Assembly (NCBI RefSeq): GCF_000143415.4
Contig: NW_003314353.1
Span: 123,483-187,482 of the forward strand
Direction of reading: 5' to 3'
Source: Selaginella moellendorffii
Taxonomy: Eukaryota > Plantae > Lycopodiophyta
DNA: 64,000 nt
Position numbers and translations under genes: made by a program. Shown piece by piece: positions 26,100 through 37,636 of this stretch. Within the stretch, counting starts at the first letter, position 1. Each line of letters opens with the position of its first letter. Below the pieces are notes generated by a model. The model saw nothing but the letters and a program-made list of their open reading frames with translations. It was not told the DNA's origin and made no database searches.

Positions 26100-28236
26100 A
26101 TATACAACATCATAGATGAAAATGATAGTAACTTACCGATAGATCGAGCCTTGCGCTCCCACTCGATGGAGCGATCCATGAAGCTGTTGATGCGACGGAG
26201 ATGGTGCTCCATCTCCTCCTTGCTCGAGAAATCCGCGGGGACGGCATTGTGAACAAAGAGCCGGCATGGCACCAGCCGATTCTTCTTCCTGGCAACCAAG
26301 CCGGCTTTGTCCGCCACCCTCTTCTTCAGCCACTTCTCGAAAGCCTCGTCCGTCCTCACAGTGTAGCCGGGTTTTCCAAGCGGGACCCCGATGTCACAGT
26401 TCCTCCGGAGGGACCTGTCTCTTGCTGCGCTCTCTCACCGAGATGCTCCACGATCACCTGAAAAGAATGGAGTGACAATGGATCATGTCATAAAGAGCGT
26501 CATATGGCCTTCTCGTGGCTCATCCCAGGCAATCCAGCACGCCTGGGACGCGCTGGTGCTCGTCGACCCCTCCATTTTCATGTTGGGGAAGATCCAGTTC
26601 ATGCTGGAACTTACCAGCGTCCCGTTCTTCTGTAGCAGTGGCCCAAAATCACGTAGCACGCTCTCGAATCCCACGTAGTTTGCGTCGCAGATGTTGGAAG
26701 TCGAGATGGTGTGGAGATCGTTGCCACTTTTCTTGAGCGGCCGCAAGCATCGAGCCTGGAGAGGCGGATCTCTACGTCACAGCGCTGGACCAGCGACAGG
26801 AACCTCTCCATGAGGTTCTTGAGGTGGAAGAACAGCGATCCATGCAAGTCCCTGGATCCAGCCTCGGCTTCACCCAGAGCTCATCACCTCCGCGAAGTCC
26901 CAGCCGAGCTCTGCGTTGCTCATCTGCGACCAGCAGCCTTGCTCGAGCAGGACGTTGTTGCCGCTGGAGAAGCGCAGATCGGGTGCAGGAAAACGGCAGG
27001 AGCTTCCCGGTGATGTAGGAAGCTCCCATTGAAATCATTGTGCTGCGTTGCGGACCTCACTCTCGCCAGCTCCAAGTCCCGTGGCTTGAGCTCCGCGGTG
27101 AGATACTGCATAATCCCTCCCCAAGTGTTGTCCTCCATCTCGATACAAAGCTTGGAGCGTCGTGAGCTCGAGCTGGAAAAGGCCGCTTCCAGCACGGGTC
27201 CGGTTTGGTCGGAGAAGGAGCGCATGCGAGCGACCTGGATGCCCGAGCGTGTCCAATATCCACACGTGCGAGAGCGTCGTAGGCCACCACCTAGCAAGCC
27301 AGGTTCTGGGGCTTGGTCATCGCGAACGAATACCAGAGAGCTTGATCCCAGCAGCGCCATGCACATGTAGCATCTCCAGGATCATGAAGTTGCGCTCTAC
27401 AACTTGGCTGTTGTGGTCATTGACGGATCTTCTTAAGTAAAACAGAGAGTAGATCAATCATCGTTCTAGTTTCATGAAGGAAAAAAAAAAAAAGAAAGAA
27501 AGAACGAGAGTAGCGAACAAAGAAGAAAAAAGAAGTGAAGGCAAGAAGTGGGAATAAAAGGAGAAGAAGAAAGACAGCCTTTCGTGTCTAAACGACCACG
27601 AAAAGTAAATCACTCCGCGTCTCAAGCCATCGATGGACTCATGCTTGCAAAGCACCAGGCTGGGCAGTCCTCCAGTGATCCTAAACCGCGCAGCCAGCTC
27701 CTCGTCGCTAAAGCCCAGCTCCAGCGTCCGGTTACACGCGAGGAGCTCGCACAGAGACCACGCCTCGAGGTGGCAGAGCTTGCCAACGTCTTTGGCGAAG
27801 TTGTGGTATCCTGCCCGGCTTGGATTCGCGCACTGGAGCGTAGGACCTATGTGACCGATGTCTCTGGATGGCCCATCCTGGAACGTAGTATCTCGGCCCG
27901 GTCCAGACGAGAGGATCTTCGAGAGAGAAGTCGTAGAGAAACCACTTATCTCGATCGCCATCGTCATCGCCATCGCCACCATGACGGTGGTCATCGCGAT
28001 CGAGGCGGTGGATAACTCGCGTCTTTCGCCGCGCGAGCTTGTAGAGCCAGTACAAGGCGAAGTAGCTCTTCCCAATCCCCGGAGTCCCAACGACATGGAA
28101 GCACTGCCAGCGGGCTTGTTCCAGCTCGCGCTCAATCAGCTCCTCCAAGAGGAGATAGTTCGGATGGATCCAAACGGGCGATGGCGCTCCTTGTAGCTCC
28201 AAGATCCCATTTTCCAGCTTTGCCGCCGCGACATCC
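26100..28236 (-). pseudogene. Crinkler/RHS (CR)-type P-loop NTPase + restriction-endonuclease-like gene, 5'-truncated and frameshifted
   Basis: FHVVGTPGIGKSYFALYWLY (Walker A), LEAWSLCEL, RFRITGGLPSLVL; second module LHVHGAAGI-KSSL..WILD..WGG; C-terminal YVGFE..YDAL..FQVIVEH; AG acceptor at 28237-28238 and an intron near 27440-27610. Confidence 0.7.
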
Positions 28237-31200
28237 CTGGCAAAACGAAGAAGACAAAGAACAAACAAAGTCGTGACAAAGAAAAGAAAAAAAACAAAGC
28301 CTAGGAACAAAGGAGAAATGAAAGAATGTATATACTTCATTCTTAAGAAGATCATGAATCTGACTCTTAAGAATCTATATCATGAATCAATTCTTCATTC
28401 TTATAGATCATGAAAGAATGTATACGTTGTCAGTTTAGGAATGGACAAAAGGTGTCTCGCTAGCTTTGGAATGTATAGCACATTAGTAATTTCAAGGTGT
28501 AAAAGGGGAAAGAAAATTGTGCCAAATGCAATTATTCTCAACGCCTCACCATTTACTGTGCTTATGGAAATTGAGAACTACTTATTTTTTGGAAAAACAA
28601 TTTGTCCGAGGGCACATGATGTGTTGCCCCATTATCCAGAAGACAGGTTTAGCTTTGACATTTCCCAAATTCAGCATAATCTGCAAAGTTTAAATAAGAA
28701 AAAAATACCATTCAACTCATCATCATCATTGATGTCAATTGTCATTACATTCACAAGATGCCATTTGAGATCTCCTTGTATGTTTGGACAGTTAGAGGCA
28801 AGATGACCAAAACTACAGCACTTATTGCATCTTGTGTTGCTGTACTTGATACAAGCTTGTGCCACCGAGTTCTGTTCAGCTGCTGTTCATGGGTGTTTGT
28901 TGGAGAATCAGTTTCTTAAATGTGCAACCAGAGTGGTAGATTCATCATCCTTGGAGTCTCCTCAGTATTAGCGAGCACTACTGTAATTAGATAGAGACTT
29001 AATAAAGATTGAAAAAAAGATATTAAAGAACAGTGATCCTGGAACATCCTAACGATGCTAAAGAGTGGTCACAAGATGACCACTTTTTTTTCCCCAAAGA
29101 TGTTGAGACTTGTGTAGTGATATATGTTCGCAATCTTGAGCTTTTTCCTCTACTCCTTCGTGCCAATTGACCATTTGTCTAAAGATGTTCATCTCCATCG
29201 CTAAGACTGCTCACAATAATGCTGTTGAAGAATCTGCCATGCCTCAGTCAGAAGATATTCTCAAGGCACTGACTTGTTTTATGGCGCTTCTGGTATGCTT
29301 GCCACTGCTCCACTGTCATGTGAGCTCCATCCTCTGGAGAGAGAAGAATGGGGATGTGTTCTTATCCAATTAGAACTCCAAGCAGCTTCTTCTTGGAAAG
29401 CATGGCTTCTAGAATAGAAAAACAAAGAAATGCATTGTTATGAAGCTTGGAACTTGAGTTTTCTCCCTTCCATCTTTATTCTCTGATCTAATCTGATCTA
29501 TACTTCTGCTACTACTATGTCCCCATCCTTTTGTTGCTTCCACCGATCCTGTTATGCCACAAAATTCCAAACATACCCTAAAAAAGGAAACTGACTGATG
29601 AACGATACGGAAAAATACTGGCATGCTTTGTCCATTACAACCCCAAGACTTTTATGCAACTTATCCTCGCCTTTGATTATGGTGATTCTGGTCCAACACT
29701 TTTGCAGCCAGACGGTGTTCTAGGCATCACAGCATAAGCAATCATTGGATCAGTATGAAACAAAGTTTTGATTTCAAAAAAGAAATCACCATGCGATCAC
29801 AATCAATCAGTTGCTCGAAAGTGGCTCCTCCTGTGCTGCTAAAAGTCCCACGGAGAACAATGATATTGCTTGAGGACAACGTGAGCGAGCTGCGCTGCAA
29901 CTCGCCCGAGCTTGTGGCGCACAGCAGCACCATCTCCACCCCGTCTAAGACAGAGGACACGAAGAAATCAGCCAAAAACGAGTACATATCCAGGAGTGGC
30001 ACTGAGCTTGTGAAGCATGAGGCAAGGGAAGTTCCAAGCTACGCGTCCAACCCAAGGCAGTACCAGGGAAGTATCACGAAGGCATGCGAGGACTACAAGA
30101 CGTAAATCGGCTTGTCTCCGGCTCCGCAAAGCTTAGATCCCCCTAAAGAGCTCTACTCGTCTTTTGCCTGCCGGAAAGCGATGATCGAGAACAGGTATCC
30201 AGCTCTCCATCTTAGTCCAGGATTCTCTCAAAGTTATCCTCTGCGAGGAATCATTGTTTCAGAACATGCTTGCGATCAATGACACCCAAGTTTTTTTATC
30301 CTTCTGTTACAAATTTTGTCATGATGACATGACGTGAAAGTTGACACAAGTTAAATGAAGGTTCGAATCCCACTCTTAACACAGCTTCAAGAAAGAACAA
30401 ATCATGGTTAGTTTTGTATGTGACTGCTGTGACAAAATCCATGGTGAGAACAAGATGGATCAGCGCTGCTGTTTTCTTGATATTGTTTTTCAGTTTGGCA
30501 TCCTGCTTGTCAATGCTGTCTACTTCGAAATGCATCAGTGAGTAAGTAGATTTGTGATTAAATCACAAACCCTTTCTTCAATCTCCAGTAACATGAGCCA
30601 GATCATGTTGCAAGGCAAAACAGGAGATGATGAAAGATCAACAGTAGCATGCATGAAATCAATAGAGGACCAAAACAATGGTAAAACTTGCAAGGCTAAA
30701 GGCTAAAACAGGCAATAATTGTAGGTTTGATGGATAGTATAATTAAGAATATTCACTATGTTTTAAAATTTAATATATACCATTTTATATACTTTATATA
30801 TTTTTATTTTCTAATTATATATTGAAAAGTAATTAGAAAAAAATGTGCAAAAATATTTTTTCTTATAAAAGGTGAGAATATGCTCAAGAAAACCCACTCT
30901 TTTGCCTTTTGACATTTCCATGGCATATGCTCCACAGCTGGCCAAATGGTTTGTATTTTCTGCCTTTCTAAGGCATTGCTGGAAAGCACTTTTAATCTGC
31001 CCAAGACACTTGTTTAGTTTAAGGGATGGAACAGGTAAGGCATATTAAGGATGAAGTAAAAAATTTGACTTAACACCACCTATAACATGGATTCCATGAT
31101 AAGTGCCTTACAAACATTTATTAGTATAAAATAAAATATTTTAAAAATTAACTTCATGGTTATTTTTGGAATTTGATGGTTATTGGGCTGGATCCCAATA

Positions 31201-32019
31201 CTGTCGTAGTTGCTTCTAGAGCTCACACTCTTGGCTGTGTTCCTTTCAATTGTGGTTGCCATACTTTTGCGTTTTGACGTTTCTATGGGAGATTATATTC
31301 CATAGAAGATCACGTGTGACAAAATCCGGGTGCTGCCATTTGCAAAGGTCCAAGAAGTGGTACGGCTGTACCTTTTGTCAGAATTTAAACGAGTGGAGGT
31401 GAGCAATGCAGGAACCTCTTCAACATATACGTGAGGAAGGGGGAATCGATTCAAGAGAGTCGAGGGGAATGCAGATAAATCTTTTTTAGCTCAAGCGGCA
31501 AATCCACACCAAAGTACACAATAGTTCCGGGGTGCGAGCATTTACACAGTTTTGCGTTCGACATCAGCAAAGATCTTGTTAAGGGAATTGATCGTCAAGT
31601 TCGCCACTCAATCCATTTTGGGCGGACAACTATCGAAGTCTATGCGAAAGAGGAGGTCTCGCGGTTGACCAGAAAGAGAAAAAAGTAGCTCCGAAGTCCT
31701 CCGTGAATGCTCCAGATGTTTAGTGATAGAACACGCTTGTGCCATTCGTCCAGCATCGCTGAAAAGAAACTCGATCATAAAAGTCTCATACCTGGAGGAT
31801 AGTCCTCTGATCCATGTTTCTACAACACATAGTTAGCGAAAAAGTGCCAAAGTTTGAACAAGTTTTTGAGCAGCATTGGTGGCTGGAGAAGCTCCACGAT
31901 GTCCTGAAAGCTGGGTCAGTATTGTCTCAATGGTGCTTCTGGGCGCTTCTATTACGACCGCTTCCGCATAACTCGATCGCTCTCAACTAACGCTTCAACG
32001 ATTTCTCTCCTTTTCTCTT

Positions 32020-33752
32020 CTCACCAGGCAATGGCTTTGTGTGTTTACGAGTTAGGCCCTCTCCATCGCCAGCGCTCTACCTCTCTTGCTGGTGATGGTG
32101 ACGCTTGGCAGAGGGAAGAGCTCTACATGGTTACATCCTTGAGAAGGGCTATGAATCCAACACAATGTTGGCCACTCTTCTCCACATGTATAGCAGGTGC
32201 CATACGGTGCCAGAACTTGGAAGACATGCGGAAAGCCTTCGATAGGCCGTCGTGGGGTGGACGATAGTCATCTTTACACTTTTCACACGAGGCATTGCGG
32301 CTCTTTGGCGAGATGCGTCGAGAAAGTAGCGCCCAGCAAGATCACTCTCCTGGCGCTTGCTCGAGTTCTTTTGGAGTTGGGGCAAGAGATGTTTCTTGAC
32401 CGGTGCATCGAAGAACTCACTGCTCTCCTCAACAGGTATGGGAAGTGTGGACAGCGAGGAGTTGCTTGACAAGATTACTCCCAGGGAAGTTCTGGTGTGG
32501 AACTCGCTGCTCGGTGTTTACTTGAAAGTCTGAATACCTCCGAGCTGCATCCTGTTGGCAATATATCATATATGCCGCGATCGTGGTGACCAAAGTCCCG
32601 ATTGCTTGGCCCTCTTGGTTCATGCCCTGAAAGATCTCTACGCTGGAAATGCCCACGCTGCGTCTTTGTGACACCCCCGACGCTTTGCCTCAGGGACGCT
32701 TGTTCGTGACTGTATCATGGAGAGTCAGATGACATCGTACTCAACAACGCAATTGTAATTAACATGAATGCTGTAGGCTCCAAAATTGTTTGACAGAAAC
32801 AAGTCCATTCACTGGTGGTCGAGCAGAGGCTCCGAGGAATCGAGGATGACGACTCAGTTGCAAATGCACTTGTAAGCCTGTACGAGGAATCTGGACGATT
32901 TCTACAGGACCCAGGACCTGGTCTCGTGGAATCGGAGCTTACGCACAGCACGGCCAGCATAACGACGTGCTCAGGCCCTTCCAAAAGAGATAACCTTCGT
33001 CACCATCCCAACGTGTGTGGGAGCTTGGCGAGCTTGACAGCGAGCAAGCATCTCCTTGCGCGTGCCGTAGAGAGTGGCCTCCAACACCGACAAGCCAAGT
33101 GGCCAATACCATCGTCAGCATAAAGCAGGTGTTGGCTCGTTCGTTCTTCGACAAGCTGAGAAAGAAGGACCTTGTCTCATGGAACACAATGCTAGCTGCG
33201 TACGCCTGCAGTGGCCGGGGTCTCGAAGCTCTCAAGCTCTTCTACCAATGCAACATATACAGGGCGGTGTGAAGTGAGCTACATCAGCATTCTCTCGCCC
33301 TGCAGCCCATGCCGGAATAGCAGCTCGGGCCTGCGACTACTACGTGACCCGTGAAGCCAAGCTCGGCGCACACCATCGATCTCCTACTTGGCCGACTGGG
33401 CGAGGCCGAGGAGTTTATATATCACAGGCCAGCTTGTGGGTGACTTTACTCGGGAGTGTAGAGCCCATCTCGCGACCGCGGCCAGCGTGCTGCGGAGAAA
33501 GTGTTGGATCTTACTGCTCACAATCCAGGGGCCTACGTCGTGCTGTGCGACATCTACGCCGCGGCTGGAAGGCACAGCGCCGCCGCTCAAGCTCCAGGGC
33601 CGCGGAGATTTACGCAAAGCTGGAGAAGCTTGCGAGGGAGATGGAGAGATGCCGTCCAGGATACAAAGATGGTCCATGGACTAGGACGATTGTTTCTTCG
33701 CCGCTGAGGATCATGAAGAACTTGCGAGTATGTGGGGATTGTCACACGGCAA
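32020..33752 (+). pseudogene. PLS-class PPR-DYW pseudogene
   Basis: PPR remnants (VANALVSLYEESG; ARSFFDKLRKKDLVSWNTMLAAYACSGRGLEALKLF), E-domain (GAYVVLCDIYAAAG) and DYW (PLRIMKNLRVCGDCHTA), broken by many frameshifts and deletions. Confidence 0.88.
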
Positions 33753-34536
33753 GATCTCTGGACATATTGGCTTATTTAAGCATATTCCAAATAATGAGCA
33801 CCATTTCTATCTTGATTAAAATTCACAAGGCGACCTCATGGTGGCCTTACTTTTCTCAATTCATGATCATCACACGATGATACTTCACGTGCTTAGAGAT
33901 TCCTCAGGTCTTTGGCACTTTTACTTGTTGTAATTGTAGTTCTAATGGCTTGGTATGAGAATGAGGGACCATTCATGAAAAAAAAATTTAATCTTCCCCG
34001 AAGCTTGTAAGTTCGATAAAAAAGTCTTTATATTTTTGTCTTCCAGATCATTCAATGCAAGCAAGCAGCGCGAGCAAGCAAGCACCTCAAGCAAAAGATA
34101 GTAAACATACAGGAGAGAAATCATTTTCACCACTGTACGCCCCAACATGTGGTTTGTCACTAGCCCAGCACAACGTTATCACAGACTTTCGTGCTCGATT
34201 CTCCAACCATCCATAGCTGGCCTGGAGCAAAACCGAAAAATCAAATACAAAAACAAAAATTGGAAGAGCCAACCAAAAGAGAGAGAGAAAAAAAAAAGAG
34301 AGTTGAAAGTACCTTGCAGCATTCTCTGCAGCTTATATAATTCCAAGATCTCATCCCTGAGAAGTGAAAAGTTTAACCAACACCTACAGAGAAGAGAAAA
34401 GAGGAACTTACTTCTCTCCACGATCACAGGGCCAAGCCACCCTTTTGGTAGGAGCCAGAGGCAAGCTACCTCTTCTCGCCTTTAGTGTGGTGTCCATCCA
34501 CCTCTCGCGACTACTTGTCTTGCAGTGCTAGAAGCC

Positions 34537-34584
34537 ATGTCGTCTACGCTGGCCGAGGAAATCTGGCCCAGTCTGGATTCATAG
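34537..34584 (+). other. Candidate upstream ORF (15 aa, MSSTLAEEIWPSLDS) in the CLC 5' leader
   Basis: GCCATGT context shortly after a putative 5'-UTR intron acceptor (TTGCAG, 34520-34525); TATA-like TTATATAA near 34334. Confidence 0.4.
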
Positions 34585-34718
34585 CCTCGTCGTTTCCAGC
34601 TTGTTCACCGCCCCCCCCCTTCTCTGCTTCACTTCGTCCTTCTTCTGCCAAATTCTTTCCCGACGATCTCGTCAAGTAGCTCCTCTTCCCGTACGCTGCT
34701 CGTGAATTCTTTCCTTGC

Positions 34719-37417
34719 ATGGATCAAGAGGCCCCGACCAATCCTGATCTCGTAGCGCCGCTGCTTGGCGTATCCGAGGATGATAAATCCAAGATCTTCC
34801 ACAAAGGCGTGTCGCATCTCTCAGTCTTCCAGACACCGGATAGGCTTTTCGAAAGCCTGGACTACGAGTAAGTTACTCTGTTCCTTTTCCTCCTGTTCCT
34901 GATCTGCCTGGATCCCAATTCCCCCGCAGGATCATCGAGAACGATCTCTTCAAACAGGACTGGCGAGCGCGAAAGAAGGAAGAAGTCTTCCTCTACATTG
35001 TCACCAAATGGGCCTTCGCGTTCCTGACCGGATTCATTATCGGTGCCGCCGCACTTATCATCAACTTCAGCGTCGAGAACATAGCTGGAGCCAAATGGCT
35101 TGTTGCGTCGAGCTACATGACCTCTGGCAGGTAGAGTCACTCGGTCGAACTCTGGCTCCAATTCTTTTCGTTTGCGATCCATCTTTTCCCCCCTCCAAAC
35201 CGTGCTGTTTTTCTCTTTAGGACCATGACTGCCTTTGCCATTTTCACCGCATTGAATACAGGACTGGTCTTCCTGGGAGCAGCCATGACTGTTTATCTTG
35301 CTCCATCAGCAGCCGGATCTGGAGTTCCAGAGAGCAAAGCTTATCTCAATGGGATTGATGCACCACGAATCCTGGAACCAATTACAATGGTCGTCAAGGT
35401 AAGCAAAAAGATAGATCTCCGAGGTAAAACAGGCACTGAAGATAATTACCTGTGGTCGCGTAGCTACTTGGAAGTATCTGTGTCGTCTCGGCAGGACTGT
35501 ATCTCGGTAAGGAAGGGCCACTTATCCATATCGGATCCTGCGTAGCATATTTCCTCGGCCAAGGTGGCTCCCTGCGCTATCATATGAACTGGAGATGGCT
35601 GCGAGTTTTCAAGAACGATCGAGACCGGCGAGATCTTGTTACCTGTGGCTGTGCCGGAGGAGTTGCAGCGGCGTTTCGAGCACCGATTGGAGGAGTTCTA
35701 TTTGCACTCGAGGAAGTAACTTCATGGTACGTTGTATCTTCCGCTCCGCTTTGTTTTCCTGATTCAAACCTGTAGGTGGCGGAGTGCTCTTTTGTGGAGA
35801 GCTTTCTTCACAACTGCCGTTGTCGCGGTCATGTTGCAGCTCGGCAAGCAATTCTGTGCCCAGGGAATCTGTGGTCTTTTCGGAGAAGGCGGTCTCATCA
35901 TGTTCGATATCAGCCACGCTTACGGCCAATTTGGACTGCTCGACTTGTTCCCCGTTGTCATCTTGGGAGTCCTCGGAGGAATCCTTGGCAGCGTCTTTAA
36001 CAAGCTCAACACTCGTGTCACCAAGTGCTACATCTACTGGTATCTCAGGTAAGAAACATTTCAAGTTTTCCTGCGAGAAATCAAACGCGGGGTTATTCAC
36101 AGAAAGCCACCATACGTCAAAGTTATACATGCCTGCTTGATGGCCATTCTCACGTCCGCCTGCTGCTTCTGGCTTCCATTTCTGGTTAAGTGCAGACCCT
36201 GCCCCGATTTATCTGATATTCCAGGATATAAATGTCCAACCCACGGACAAACAGGAAACTTCAAAGGCTTCAACTGTCCTGCCGGCCAATATAACGATCT
36301 CGCTGGCCTATTCTTCGCCACCAAAGATGACGCCGTTAGAAACCTCTTCAGTTTTAAAACGTACCGGGAGTATCACTACAGGTCCATTCTGGTTTTCTTC
36401 GGCGTATCCTTCATATTTTCCCTGATAACTTACGGGATTGCGGTGCCATCCGGCCTGTTTATACCGTTGATCATCAATGGAGCTTCACTGGGCCGGCTGG
36501 TTGGCATGATTATGACCACCACGACCGGCAACAAAATGGACGAGGGCTACTTCGCTGTTCTTGGTGCTGCAGCATTCCTCGGAGGAACCATGCGAATGAC
36601 AGTTTCTCTTTGCGTCATTCTTCTCGAGCTCACGAACAACATGCTGATGCTACCAATGATTATGCTGGTACTGCTTATTGCAAAAACGGTCGGTGACATC
36701 TTCAACTCCGCCATCTGGGAAATGTACGTCAGGATCAAAGGATATCCAATACTGGAAGCAAAACCCGAACCTTTCATGCAGCAGCTTACAGCCAAAGATG
36801 CGGTAACAACGTCCGTGGTTTCACTGTCGCCAGTCGAGCAAGTGTCAACGGTACTAATGGTTCTGAGGAACACAACGCACAACGCCTTTCCTGTCATCGG
36901 AGAGTCCAGCACGACTGGAAGGAAAGTTTTCCTGGGCCTGGTACTGCGATCACACTTGCTGGTACTGCTGAAAAACAAGGCCTTCCATTACGCATCAAGT
37001 GGCTCTGCAGAAAATTCGAAAATGTTACAGTTCACGGACTTTGCAAAACCAGCGACAGGGAAGTCTTTAAAGATCGAGGATATAGATTTACGTCCCGAGG
37101 AGGAGCTGGAGTTCATCAACGTCAGACACATCACAAACGGATCACCGTATACTGTCCTTGAATCGGCATCACTGGCCAAGGCCTACACGTTGTTCCGAGA
37201 CCTGGGACTTCGACACCTTTGCGTAGTTCCCCGTGAACCAGAGGTAAGATACCGCTTTCTCAGCCTTTGGTATAAGCTCTATAAGGCTCTGTGCTTGCAG
37301 GAAGAGCCGATCATCGGGGTGCTCACTCGACATAATTTTCTCCACGAGAATCTACAGAACATGTTCCCATATCTTATGCCCAAGAAACAAGCCGCCGGCA
37401 AAACCATTCTTATGTAA
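34719..37417 (+). CDS. CLC: CLC chloride channel / anion:H+ antiporter with CBS domains (multi-exon)
   Basis: ESLDYE, GSGVPE, GKEGP, FKNDRDRRDLVTCG, GGVLFALEEV, GLFIP, C-terminal CBS pair; GT-AG introns. Confidence 0.96.
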
Positions 37418-37636
37418 GTAAACCTCGAGACTTGTAAATGAAAGTCGCAAGCAAGATTGTTGAGCTCGAAAGCTTGGAGCTTTTGGACCAGTCGATTCGA
37501 GATTTTTCAGGCCCATGCATTATCACTGTCGCCTTCGAGCTTTTTGGTGTTGTCGTAAACCATTGAAGTTTCCTGCAACTGCCTACCCATTCTTTCCTGC
37601 TTCTTGCCCCTTCCTGTTATCCTTTCCTCACCAAAG

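Noticed and set aside
31700-31960. Minus-strand remnant DYPPG..WTNGTSVF resembling DYPTG..WIDSTNVF of the orphan gene at 37637-37903
   Set aside because: Similarity too short to support paralogy without an alignment statistic.
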